From Promethearchaeota archaeon (GTDB taxonomy: Archaea; Asgardarchaeota; Lokiarchaeia; Sigyniarchaeales; SOKP01): DNA of 64,000 nt. Made by a program: the position numbers and the translations under genes. A model generated the notes under the pieces. The model had not been told where the DNA came from, did no database searches, and saw only the letters and a list, made by a program, of their open reading frames with translations. The number at the start of each line of letters is the position of its first letter. Positions within the stretch are counted from its first letter, which is position 1. The DNA is taken from contig JAEOSU010000072.1 in assembly GCA_016840165.1 (NCBI GenBank), positions 128,001-192,000 of the forward strand, given 5' to 3'. This document shows positions 20,143 to 30,153 of this stretch, one piece after another.

Positions 20143-20256
20143 TTGACTGTTCTACTTATGTATCTTCTCTATGATTTATTATTATTTTTTATTAAATGTA
20201 AATTAAAGTTAATTATGGATGTAGATAATTTTGATTTCGGTAAATATATAGAATTT
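20143..20256 (+). repeat. 114-bp direct repeat, copy 2 (functional promoter and 5' end of the crotonase gene)
   Basis: Matches 17940..18053; begins at the base immediately after the stop of 19567..20142. Confidence 0.95.
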
Positions 20257-21012
20257 GCAATAAAAAAAAGATTTGGCGTTATAACCTTAAATAGAGTTCA
20301 TCGATCAAATGCTTTTTCGATTGAGCAACTAGAAAATCTAAGAGACGCCATTTTGTACTGTCAGAATAGTGAAAATGTTAGAGGAATTATTTTAACGAAT
20401 AATGGTTCTTCTTTTAGCACAGGAATAGATTTAGGAGAGATTGATGGGAGTAATCATTCAGCAGTTAAATATCTTGAAAGTACTGCTGCCAGTATTTGCA
20501 AGCTACTCTATAATGGAAAACCAGCAATATGTGGGGTTGATGGTCGAACTTTTGGGGAAGGAGTTGTGTTTATGACATGTTGCGACTACAGAATCGCGAC
20601 CAAAGAAAGTTATTTTCAAATGCCAGAGATTTATTCTGGAATATTTCCTGGTACTGGCTGTATTATTCTATTTTCAAAGATTTTAGGTATTCCTTGGACC
20701 AAGAAATTATTGATGTTCAGTGAAAGAGTCTCTTCTGAAAAAGCACTTGAAATCGGTTTAATCGATCAAATTGTAAGTTCAAAAGAAGACTTAATTGATG
20801 AAATGATGAAAAAAGCAACTTTTCTTTTTACAAAGCAACAAACTGTTTTAAATGCAATTAAACTCTGTAGTAATCATTTACTAGATAAAACATTTAAAGA
20901 GGGATACGAATTGGAAAAACTCGGGTCTGCATGGTTTGAATATAAAGATCATCAAGAATTTCTCCAGAAATTCAAACAAAACTTTGATTGGAATACGACA
21001 TACTCGGAATAA
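20215..21012 (+). CDS. Crotonase family enoyl-CoA hydratase/isomerase
   Basis: LNRVHRSNA, FSTGIDL, CCDYR, MPEIYSG; start moved to ATG 20215, which is conserved in both repeat copies. Confidence 0.9.
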   Translation: MDVDNFDFGKYIEFAIKKRFGVITLNRVHRSNAFSIEQLENLRDAILYCQNSENVRGIILTNNGSSFSTGIDLGEIDGSNHSAVKYLESTAASICKLLYNGKPAICGVDGRTFGEGVVFMTCCDYRIATKESYFQMPEIYSGIFPGTGCIILFSKILGIPWTKKLLMFSERVSSEKALEIGLIDQIVSSKEDLIDEMMKKATFLFTKQQTVLNAIKLCSNHLLDKTFKEGYELEKLGSAWFEYKDHQEFLQKFKQNFDWNTTYSE

Positions 21013-21179
21013 GACATAATATAAAAAATAACAAAATGTTTAAATCGTTCTTTAAGTTAATAATGCTTAGCTAATAGGTTACATTTAGCCACAGATTTAG
21101 CAATTCTTAGAAGAGAAAAAAGCTGAAAACAAACAAAAGAAAAAGAATATACAAACCAATGAAATTAAGGTGATAATAG

Positions 21180-21461
21180 TTGGGAAAAGAAGATGACTCA
21201 AAAGTGTTTATTGGTAGGAAGAAATCAATGAGCTATGTAATGGCGTCCATGGTTGTTTTAAATGAAAAGCCCGTTAGACTACTTGCTCGTGGCAGAACTA
21301 TTTCTAGAGCTGTAGATGTTGCTGAAATTCTGATTAACAAATTCGTGAAAGGAAGCAGCTATGGTGAAATTCTAATTAGTACAGAAACCATTACCAATAA
21401 AGACGGTACAGATTCAAATGTCTCATCCATCGAAATTGAGATTAAACCCCCTGAAAAATAA
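21180..21461 (+). CDS. albA: DNA/RNA-binding protein Alba
   Basis: VFIGRK..MSYV, ARGRTISRAVDVAE, VSSIEI; GGTGA SD 6 nt before TTG. Confidence 0.95.
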   Translation: MGKEDDSKVFIGRKKSMSYVMASMVVLNEKPVRLLARGRTISRAVDVAEILINKFVKGSSYGEILISTETITNKDGTDSNVSSIEIEIKPPEK

Positions 21462-21494
21462 CTTAGGAAAAAACCCTAAATACTCAGGAGAAAT

Positions 21495-21803
21495 TCAGGA
21501 GATTATCTCGCTTTTTTTTATTTTATCTAACTTTTTTTGGAAAGATTCGATATCTGCGGAAGTAGCTTTACCACTTTCAAGATGCATCATAAGTTCCATA
21601 AAGGGCTGTACTAACTCATGTTCAAAAACGATACAAGTTTGATTCAAAGTGTTAACATCTAAAATTAACGCCGATCGTAATGTATCCCCCGCTCCTAGGA
21701 CATCACGGAATAGTAATTGATTATCATCAGTATAGGAGAGGACAACAATATCTTCTAATATCTGTGAACCATCTTTTTTTTTGATAATCTTAAATTCACA
21801 CAT
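21495..21803 (-). CDS. cooT: CooT family nickel-binding protein with C-terminal extension
   Basis: N-terminal MCE, ILEDI, DVLG; divergent from cdhB. Confidence 0.75.
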   Translation of the reverse strand: MCEFKIIKKKDGSQILEDIVVLSYTDDNQLLFRDVLGAGDTLRSALILDVNTLNQTCIVFEHELVQPFMELMMHLESGKATSADIESFQKKLDKIKKSEIIS

Positions 21804-21902
21804 GGTATTAAGAAATTTTTTAAAATACGCTTAATAAAATAAAGTATAGCAAATATTTTAAAACTTATATCTTAAAACGAAAACAAAGGAATTTGATGAA
21901 GA

Positions 21903-22439
21903 ATGGCAAGACCTTATCAAAAAGCAAATATCCCTGGACCCGAAATGGGAACTAGCGTTTATGAACCAAAAGTTATGGCGACTTTATTGAAATCCCCAAA
22001 ACGAAAAGTCTTTATCATCGGTTCCGAATCACTTGATAAAAACTTTCATATTGATGGAAAACCCGTAGCTGACTATTTTGTCGAAATTGCTAAAAAACTA
22101 CAATGTCACGTTGTCGCAACCGGTCATATTTACAAGTTCTTGGTTGATAAAGTCGATGCAGATAAACTATGGGATATGTCTTTAATCAACATTACGGGAA
22201 GATTAGTTGATAAAGATTGGAAAGGTTTAGATGGAAAAGGACAATATAATATGGCCATTTTTGGTGGGCATCAAGTGTTCTATGTTTCACAAACCCTCAG
22301 CCGTATTAAAAATTTTTCGAATTGGGTTAAGACTATAGAACTCGACAAGTATTCACATCCAAATGCTCGTTTTAGCCTGCCAAATCTAAGCAACGACGAT
22401 TGGAAACAATTTTTAGAAGAACTAATAAAATTATTATAA
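21903..22439 (+). CDS. cdhB: CODH/ACS complex epsilon subunit
   Basis: PYQKANIPGP, WKGLDGKGQY, YVSQTLS.IKNF, HPNARFS.PN. Confidence 0.92.
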   Translation: MARPYQKANIPGPEMGTSVYEPKVMATLLKSPKRKVFIIGSESLDKNFHIDGKPVADYFVEIAKKLQCHVVATGHIYKFLVDKVDADKLWDMSLINITGRLVDKDWKGLDGKGQYNMAIFGGHQVFYVSQTLSRIKNFSNWVKTIELDKYSHPNARFSLPNLSNDDWKQFLEELIKLL

Positions 22440-22480
22440 GAATTAATTTAAATAATCAAAAATAAGAGGAAAAATGAAAT

Positions 22481-23890
22481 ATGAGTTTTAGCGATATCCC
22501 CGTAGATGTGGGACCTGTATATGAAGGTGAACGTATACGAGCAAAACAAATGTATGTTGAACTTGGTGGTCCTAAAATTGAAAAGCATTTTGAGCTCGTA
22601 AGGGTCAAACAACCCAAAGAAATTAAGGATGGGCAAGTCACAATTTACGGTCCTGATTTAAAAGACATGAAAGAGGGAGAACGATACCCAATAGGCATTT
22701 TAGTCGAGGTCGCTGGAGAAGAACTCGAGGAAGATCTTGAGGCTGTTTTTGAGCGTAGAGTCCATGAATTCTGCAATTTCGTAAATGGAATCATGCATCT
22801 TAATCAACGCTATACTAATTGGATAAGACTATCCAAAGCGGCATACGAAAAAGGTTTTAATACCTTAGATCTACTCGGAAAAGTCTTAATTCGATTATAT
22901 AAAGCGGAATTACCTATTATTAAACAAGCACAAGTCACATTCTACACTGATCCGAAAGATATTGAGAAACCTTATGATATGGCAATGGAAATCTATAATA
23001 AACGAGATGAGCGAGCACGAACGATTCATGATGAAGATGTAGACATGTTCTATGGATGTGTGTTATGCCAATCATTTGCTCCAACACATGCATGTTGTAT
23101 AACCCCAGACAGGACTTCATTATGCGGCTCTATTAACTGGTTTGATGCAAGAGCAGCAGCGAAGGTAGATCCAAAGGGACCAATCTATGAAGTTCCGCCA
23201 AAGGAATGTTTAGATGAATTAGCTGGAGAATATACTGGTGTTAATGAAATGATTAAAAAACGTTCTCTCGGTGAGATTGATAGAATCTTTCTTTATAGTG
23301 GAATGGAATTTCCGCACACTTCATGTGGTTGCTTCGAGGCTATTGATTTTTATATTCCTGAGGTAAATGGACATGGAATTGTTGACCGAAATTACGGTAG
23401 TGTGGCGATCAACGGTCTTCCTTTTAGTGCTATGGCAAATCAGACTGGGGGAGGCAAACAAATGCCCGGATTCAATGGAGTTAGTATCCAATATATCGTT
23501 AGTCCGAAGTATCAACAATATGATGGTGGCATTGAGACTATTGTATGGATGCCAAAAGCCGTAAAAGACCGCGTTGGAGATTTTCTTCCTCAAGATTTGG
23601 TGGGAAAGATAGCGACCGAAGAAGAGGTTCAGGACCTTGCTCAATTAAAAGAATATTTACAGGAAGTAAATCATCCAATCGTAGAAACCTGGGCAGAGAT
23701 GTTAGAAGAAGAGGAGGAAGAAGAAGAATACGAAGCTGAAGGTGCTATGGTTCCTATGGGTACAGTTGGAATGACGATTCCTGGCGCTGGTGGAGTTGGT
23801 GGCTTTAAAATAATCTTAAAGAACTGTAAAGTTCATGCCGAGGCAATAATCATCAAAAAGATTGACTCTAAAGGTAAGCGTAAAAAGTAA
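22481..23890 (+). CDS. cdhC: Acetyl-CoA synthase (CODH/ACS beta subunit)
   Basis: YEGERIR, ERRVH, HLNQR, CVLCQSFAP, CITPDRTSLCG, HTSCGCFE; acidic linker and archaeal C-terminal tail. Confidence 0.96.
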   Translation: MSFSDIPVDVGPVYEGERIRAKQMYVELGGPKIEKHFELVRVKQPKEIKDGQVTIYGPDLKDMKEGERYPIGILVEVAGEELEEDLEAVFERRVHEFCNFVNGIMHLNQRYTNWIRLSKAAYEKGFNTLDLLGKVLIRLYKAELPIIKQAQVTFYTDPKDIEKPYDMAMEIYNKRDERARTIHDEDVDMFYGCVLCQSFAPTHACCITPDRTSLCGSINWFDARAAAKVDPKGPIYEVPPKECLDELAGEYTGVNEMIKKRSLGEIDRIFLYSGMEFPHTSCGCFEAIDFYIPEVNGHGIVDRNYGSVAINGLPFSAMANQTGGGKQMPGFNGVSIQYIVSPKYQQYDGGIETIVWMPKAVKDRVGDFLPQDLVGKIATEEEVQDLAQLKEYLQEVNHPIVETWAEMLEEEEEEEEYEAEGAMVPMGTVGMTIPGAGGVGGFKIILKNCKVHAEAIIIKKIDSKGKRKK

Positions 23891-24033
23891 TTATTTTCTT
23901 TTTTATTTTTTTCCTATTTATAATAAATTTCTTAAGTTTATATCTTAATTTTCACGTATTTTTTTGGGTAATGGGTGTTTTATTCAAATAATTCAAAAAC
24001 CAATATAATTTTGGTAATAATAGGATTATATTA

Positions 24034-25311
24034 TTGGGGAATTATAATATGTTGATCTTTAAAGAGGATATTGATGAAGCGAAAGGACGTTTAGAGGCAT
24101 GGTGGGATCACGAAATTATTGATCGTCCTGTATTTTCATATTACGCATCAAAAAATAGGGCATCTCTTGGAGCATATCTCGATGCAAGAAGTAATGAATG
24201 GACATTAGCGCAGCAACCTGAAAATATTGAAAATGTACTTGATGGTTTCGAGAAGCGAGCTGAAAGTACATATTTTGGAGGAGAATCAATGCCTAGTTTC
24301 ATGCCTAATTATGGTTCAGGTATATTATCTGCAATATTTGGGGTCGTTCCAAAATTTCAATCCGAAACAGTTTGGTTTAGCCGTCCTACCGAGCCGAAGG
24401 ATATCATCGCTCATTTAGAAAGTATTAAATTGAACCAAAATAATAAATGGTTTGAGAGGTTATTAAGGGTTACGGAATGTGCTGCACAACGATCGAAAGG
24501 AGCTTATCAAATTTCTGTAAGCGATATTGGTGGTGTGTTGGATACGTTATCGTCCTTTTTAGGTCCAAGCAAACTGATTCTTACAATGAAACGTAAGCCA
24601 GAAATAATTGACACGTGTAGAAGAATCATTCTTGAGAAACTTCTATTTTTATACGATAAGTTACAAAATACTATAGAAAAATATTGTGATGGTTGTAATT
24701 CTTGGCTTAACGTTTGGTGTAGAAAACGCTGGTATCCCGTTCAATGTGACTTTATTGCGATGTTAAATCCTAAATGGTTCAAAAGATTTGCATTACCTGA
24801 TATAAAGGCTCAAATTGAGCATATGGATTATGCAATCTATCATATGGATGGTCATTATCAAATCCCTTTCTTAGAAGACTTTTTATCTATATCGGAGTTA
24901 ACAGGTATTCAATGGGTTCCTGGAGCAGGCAAAAAAGTTCAAGGAGCAGAGCCATGGATCGTATTATATAAAAAAATTCAAGCTACTGGGAAGAGTGTAG
25001 TCATCGATACCACCCCTGAAAATGTTCATCATTTGTATGCTAGTTTGGATCCAAAATTGACCTATGTGAGAACATACTACTTTACAAAGACGGTATCAAA
25101 GTATTATGTACCTTCATTTATCGGAGATGGAGAAGAACCTTTAATAAATGATTTAATCAATTGGTGTATGGAAAAGAAACAAACTCAGATTAGTAAAAAT
25201 GAATTAAACGAATTTCTAGATAACAAGCATATAGATCTTGACAATAAGATTAAAAAGGAATTTTTAAAAGAGATTAAATTAGCTTTTGTAGAAAAGCACA
25301 ATTTTACTTAG
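24034..25311 (+). CDS. UroD/MtaA-fold protein (corrinoid methyltransferase-like)
   Basis: AWW..E..DRP, QCDF.AML.P..F, YHMDG, IQWVPGAG. Confidence 0.75.
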   Translation: MGNYNMLIFKEDIDEAKGRLEAWWDHEIIDRPVFSYYASKNRASLGAYLDARSNEWTLAQQPENIENVLDGFEKRAESTYFGGESMPSFMPNYGSGILSAIFGVVPKFQSETVWFSRPTEPKDIIAHLESIKLNQNNKWFERLLRVTECAAQRSKGAYQISVSDIGGVLDTLSSFLGPSKLILTMKRKPEIIDTCRRIILEKLLFLYDKLQNTIEKYCDGCNSWLNVWCRKRWYPVQCDFIAMLNPKWFKRFALPDIKAQIEHMDYAIYHMDGHYQIPFLEDFLSISELTGIQWVPGAGKKVQGAEPWIVLYKKIQATGKSVVIDTTPENVHHLYASLDPKLTYVRTYYFTKTVSKYYVPSFIGDGEEPLINDLINWCMEKKQTQISKNELNEFLDNKHIDLDNKIKKEFLKEIKLAFVEKHNFT

Positions 25312-25416
25312 ATTTCCTTAAAGAGAATTTGATATTTCAGTAGTCTTACAGGCTTTTTTCATTTAAATATAAAATAATATGAATTAATTTAAGATCAGTA
25401 TTTGGTCATATAAAAT

Positions 25417-26598
25417 ATGAACCACTCATATAATCCTAGATCTCTGCCATTAAATGAATTACCTCTAGAAAAGAAAACAGATCAAACTATTAGATTTATT
25501 CACACGAGTGATATTCATTTAGGGAGCCATCAATATGAGAAATCTCTTCGTTCCGACGATTTTATTTTTGCCTTAAAGGAAGTATTACAAATCTCCCAAA
25601 ATATTTCAGCCGATTTCATATTATTGGGAGGAGATATCTTTAATTCACTAGATATACTCCCCGGTAAAATGAAAGTTATCATTGAAATTTTAAAAGAATT
25701 CCAAAAAGCAACAAAGGGAAAAGTACCAATTATTACAATTGAAGGAAATCATGATATCAGACGTTTTTCACGGGGAGTTAAATTCAGACATCGCGATCAA
25801 TCATGGTTGAAAGTTTGTGCTAAATTAGGATTACTTATTCTTTTAGATGCGGATTTTCAAGCGCCTTCTGAGCATGTTTTCCAACCATATGATTTCGAAC
25901 AGGTAAAGGGAGGAAAAATACAAATCAAAAATGTTGTGATCTATGGTTCACGATATCTTGGAGAAAAGCCAATATCCGCATTATCAATTATAAGAAAAGG
26001 GATCAAGAAAGAGGGGGGGATATATAATATTCTACTCCAACATTTTGGAGTGGAGGGGCAAATGAAAAATGTTCCGGGTGTTCCTTTAGAAATATTGAAA
26101 CCATTGCATCATCGAGTAGATTATCTCGCTCTAGGGCATTTTCATAAACAATTTATTTTGGATAATTGGATCTATAATCCAGGCTCGGCTGAGGCTGTAA
26201 GTTCAATGGATTTCAAATATAATCGTGGCATATTTTTTGTCGAAATTAGCGGTCTTGAAACATTTGAGAAGAAAGTACAAATTTTAAAATTGAATAATAG
26301 GAGATATTTAAAGAAATTCATATGCAATCCATTTCAATTTAAAAAGAAGGAGAATTTTTATAGATACATAATTAAAAGGTTAAAAATGGCACCTGAATTT
26401 GTAAGAATAACAAAGATCACATCTTGTTTGAAATCTCCATTTCTATTTCTTACTATTCGAGGAGTGAAGCCTTTTTTGTACTATGATATTAAACATAGAG
26501 AGTTTGAAAAATTCCTTGTCCAAAATTTACCAATTGTCGGGGCAAAAGTATATCAAAATTATGATTCGAAGATAATTACATTAGAGAATTATCTCTAA
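25417..26598 (+). CDS. Mre11/SbcD-like metallophosphoesterase nuclease
   Basis: SDIHLG, GGDIF, GNHD, ALGHFH, YNPGS. Confidence 0.88.
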   Translation: MNHSYNPRSLPLNELPLEKKTDQTIRFIHTSDIHLGSHQYEKSLRSDDFIFALKEVLQISQNISADFILLGGDIFNSLDILPGKMKVIIEILKEFQKATKGKVPIITIEGNHDIRRFSRGVKFRHRDQSWLKVCAKLGLLILLDADFQAPSEHVFQPYDFEQVKGGKIQIKNVVIYGSRYLGEKPISALSIIRKGIKKEGGIYNILLQHFGVEGQMKNVPGVPLEILKPLHHRVDYLALGHFHKQFILDNWIYNPGSAEAVSSMDFKYNRGIFFVEISGLETFEKKVQILKLNNRRYLKKFICNPFQFKKKENFYRYIIKRLKMAPEFVRITKITSCLKSPFLFLTIRGVKPFLYYDIKHREFEKFLVQNLPIVGAKVYQNYDSKIITLENYL

Positions 26599-26682
26599 TA
26601 ACTGAATATTTTAATATTGAGAAGAAAAGCATTTTCTAAGAACAATTCAAATTTTATAAACAAGTTGATTTGAAATTATATT

Positions 26683-28296
26683 ATGGCTCAAGAATTAAGT
26701 TGGAAAAAAAAGAAAGTTTTTTTCATTTTAACAATCATAACGATTCTATGGGTAGCGATTTTGTTAATATTAGGCATTATAAATCAAAGAACTATTGTCT
26801 TTTATGACACTCTCGCTTTACACGATGTGTCTTCTGAATATATAAGCGAACTTCCATTTCTAAGATACTTAATAGAACCTCTTGTTGCAACTACATTTAT
26901 ATTGGAATGGGAATTCACATGGCTAATATCCTTTTTAATATTTTATCCTATAATAAGAGGAATTTATAAGTATTTAAGGTACCGTGGAAAGTTTAAATCA
27001 ACAAAGTTCTTGTATGTATGTAAAATTTTTTCAGAAATCTTAGAATTTTCTTTTAAGATATTTTCCGTTGTAATTTTATTGATCCTTGGATTTATCATTG
27101 TCGGATACATTTTTCAAGGATTTTTCTTTGTAAACCGCTATTTCATGGTTCCTGTACAGATTGGAGTGCATTTGGCATATGCTGTGATAGCACTAAAAGT
27201 TATATATATTCTTATTTGCTTATTTCATCCCAAATTGAGATGGAAGCTAAAAAGTAAGCGAAATCCCAAAAAGAGGACCAAACACGAGAAAGTATTAAAA
27301 TATAGAGTTGGATTAAAAAAAGAGATCGTTTACATAGTTGCGTGCGTATATTTGCTACTCGGGATGAATATTATATTAATTTCTTTTAAATTCCCAAATC
27401 AAAGAATAAAACCGATAGTTCCACTTGCAGATGATGAGTTTTTATTTGATTTTCATGTTCATACTATTATGTCAGATGGTTGGTTAACGCCGGAGGAGAG
27501 AGTACTCTGGTATATGGAACAGGGGATTTCTGGCGCTGTATTTTCTGACCATGATAATTTACGAGGAGTATTAATCGCCCAAGAATTTGTAGAGCGGAAT
27601 AACCTAGATTTTATCGTTTTTATTGGGGAAGAATGGACAGATCATGAAAATGACATTCATATGAATTACTTTGGTTTAGAGGAGGAGATTGTACCCCTTG
27701 AATCATATACAATAGACGGACCTAAAGCAATGAATGCTTCAGATTTAATTTCTTATGTAAAATCAAATGGGGGGTACATTACAGTAAATCATTATAATTA
27801 TGAACCTAATGATGGCGGATATGGGGTACCCTATACGCTTACTCAACTGTATAATTGGGGGGTAGATGGTTTTGAAATAGTGAATGGAGGTTCTTATTAT
27901 GGAAAATACGAGCAGATTCGTCAATTTTGCCTTGCAAACAATTTAATATGTATTGGTGGTTCTGATATTCATATTAATGAAGATTTAAACACTTTTATTA
28001 AAATAAAACTAGCAGATCCAACAAATTTGACTATTACTAATATTTTTGAAACGATGAAAGCTAATACCCATGAAGTAATCGCTATACAATTTTATCCAAG
28101 AATAGTTGATTTTCCAGGAGAATTGGACGATTTAGGTTTCTATTTTCTAGAAGGATTGATTAATTATTTTCTAAATATAGATATATTCCAAGCTTTATCT
28201 TGGATCGGATGGTCAGTACTTTTTTATTTGATAATAATTTTAGGATATAGAAAAATTAAAAGTATCGCCCCAGAAAAATTAAAATCAAAATTTTAA
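26683..28296 (+). CDS. Multi-TM membrane protein with PHP metallohydrolase domain
   Basis: N-terminal TMs; DFHVHT..SDG, SDHD, GEE, NH, GSDIH; C-terminal TM. Confidence 0.85.
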   Translation: MAQELSWKKKKVFFILTIITILWVAILLILGIINQRTIVFYDTLALHDVSSEYISELPFLRYLIEPLVATTFILEWEFTWLISFLIFYPIIRGIYKYLRYRGKFKSTKFLYVCKIFSEILEFSFKIFSVVILLILGFIIVGYIFQGFFFVNRYFMVPVQIGVHLAYAVIALKVIYILICLFHPKLRWKLKSKRNPKKRTKHEKVLKYRVGLKKEIVYIVACVYLLLGMNIILISFKFPNQRIKPIVPLADDEFLFDFHVHTIMSDGWLTPEERVLWYMEQGISGAVFSDHDNLRGVLIAQEFVERNNLDFIVFIGEEWTDHENDIHMNYFGLEEEIVPLESYTIDGPKAMNASDLISYVKSNGGYITVNHYNYEPNDGGYGVPYTLTQLYNWGVDGFEIVNGGSYYGKYEQIRQFCLANNLICIGGSDIHINEDLNTFIKIKLADPTNLTITNIFETMKANTHEVIAIQFYPRIVDFPGELDDLGFYFLEGLINYFLNIDIFQALSWIGWSVLFYLIIILGYRKIKSIAPEKLKSKF

Positions 28297-28321
28297 TATT
28301 TATTTCTTTAATAACAAGTTT

Positions 28322-28780
28322 TTAGATGTAATACCCAGATTTGTCCTCATCATATGGGTCATAATCATCATCACCATCGGTATCATCATCTTCCCCCCTA
28401 AATTTTTTCGAGAAATATTTGATGAGTTCTTCTAAATCAACGTCAGGGTCAATATCTTTTAAATCGTTAAGATTAATCGGGATTATCCCTCCCTTCTTTA
28501 AAGTACCAAATCGATTTTTAAATTCTCGTTCCATTTTCTCTTGTTTTCTTGCATGCATAGTAAGTTCTTTTCGCATTAAATCAATTAGCTCATTTGCAAC
28601 TAACTCATCTAATTCATTGGGTTTTAGAGTTAGAAGCACATTATCCCCGTAGGTTTTCGATAACCTTTTAATAGCTTTATCTTTTTTGTATTCAGGAATT
28701 TGAGTTATAGAATCAAGACCTAAGATGCTGATAATATTCAACCAATCAAGCTGATAGGACCAGTTTTTCTTTTCAGACAT
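28322..28780 (-). CDS. Hypothetical protein with acidic tail ending GYYI
   Basis: 152-aa ATG ORF filling the intergenic space, with protein-like composition. Confidence 0.75.
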   Translation of the reverse strand: MSEKKNWSYQLDWLNIISILGLDSITQIPEYKKDKAIKRLSKTYGDNVLLTLKPNELDELVANELIDLMRKELTMHARKQEKMEREFKNRFGTLKKGGIIPINLNDLKDIDPDVDLEELIKYFSKKFRGEDDDTDGDDDYDPYDEDKSGYYI

Positions 28781-28975
28781 AATAAATTTACTTTTTTATA
28801 GATAGAAATAATTCTGGATACTAACAAAAATAAATTTCTACAATTAAAAATATAAAATAAACCCAAATAAATTTATTTCTTTTGAGATATTTAATATCAG
28901 ATGTTTATTATGATGATTTTAAATGTATTTTGTTTATATAATTTTAGAATATAATCAAACCAAACTTTAATGATT

Positions 28976-29836
28976 TTATCCTTCTAAAAATTCAATAATT
29001 TTTGTAGATATTAGTTGTGGTTCTTCATGCATGACCCAATGAGAGGAATTAGGGATTTTTTGTATTATTAAATCTTTAACATACTTTTCTAAACCTTCAA
29101 GAATTACCGGCAATAGCGCAGTATCTTTCATCCCATGAAATACTAAAGTCGGAACCTTAATGATGCCAGCAAAATCATCAAAACTGGGATTAGCCTTGTA
29201 ATAATTAACTCCACTAATAATAGCATTCGGCTGAGACCATGCATTTATATATTGTTCTTTATCAAATTCATCAAGAGCCCCTTTGTTCACAAGGCTACCA
29301 AAGAGGGCAATTTTTAACCATTTAAAATCATCTTCAAAAAGAAATTGTTCGCCACCAGGTTTAAGAAATTGAAAGATATAGAAGCTAGCCTTTTGTTGAG
29401 CTTTATTAGTTCGAAGTAATATTCCAAATATTTTGGGATGAGGCGAATTTAATATAATTAGTTTTTGAATAAGTTCTGGATACTTTTCAGCAAATATCCA
29501 CGCTACTATTCCTCCCCAGTCGTGACCTGCGATAAATGGTTTCTCTAAGTCCAAGGCTTCTATTAATCCTTTAATATCATCGATCAAATATTTTATCCTG
29601 TATTTTTGAGTCCCTTTAGGTTTATCTGATAAATTATATCCTCTCATATCAGGAATGATAAGTTTAAATTTTTCTTTCAACTCTGGAATTACACTCTTCC
29701 AACCATACCAAAAATCGGGAAATCCATGGAGAAGAATTAGTGGTCTTCCCTTCCCTATTATGATTGTATGTAGTGTTATATTATTAGTTTTAATATACTT
29801 TTCTTGAATATCATTCAATATCTCCATAATCTTCAT
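28976..29836 (-). CDS. Alpha/beta hydrolase, epoxide hydrolase-like
   Basis: LLHGFPD, DMRGYNLS, GHDWGG, SHWV. Confidence 0.93.
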   Translation of the reverse strand: MKIMEILNDIQEKYIKTNNITLHTIIIGKGRPLILLHGFPDFWYGWKSVIPELKEKFKLIIPDMRGYNLSDKPKGTQKYRIKYLIDDIKGLIEALDLEKPFIAGHDWGGIVAWIFAEKYPELIQKLIILNSPHPKIFGILLRTNKAQQKASFYIFQFLKPGGEQFLFEDDFKWLKIALFGSLVNKGALDEFDKEQYINAWSQPNAIISGVNYYKANPSFDDFAGIIKVPTLVFHGMKDTALLPVILEGLEKYVKDLIIQKIPNSSHWVMHEEPQLISTKIIEFLEG

Positions 29837-30153
29837 TCTCTTTCATTAATTTTAAATCATTTGACTATATTTAAAAAAAAAAAAAAGATTAGTCTCCTCT
29901 TAACTTAAAAGAATTAATTTCATCTATTATTCATAATCCGAGAATATTATTTAATTAAAAAAGGAAATATTTGGCTCATCTCGAGAAGATTCTATTTCAT
30001 GATTAGATATTTTATTCACCTAAATGTAAAAACTTATTTTTTAAGTATTTCTTAAGAAATTTTAATATATAAATAAGATAGATTAATAGAAAAAGGATAG
30101 AACATAATATAAAATTAAATAGAATAAGCTAATTGAAAAAAAGTCTTTTTAAA

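Noticed and set aside
20143-20214. TTG-initiated N-terminal extension of the crotonase ORF
   Set aside because: AT-rich promoter-like sequence; ATG 20215 is the start conserved in both repeat copies
29860-30030. Possible small minus-strand ORF with GGTGA SD and poly-T terminator
   Set aside because: Frame closes after about 22 codons and has no recognisable similarity
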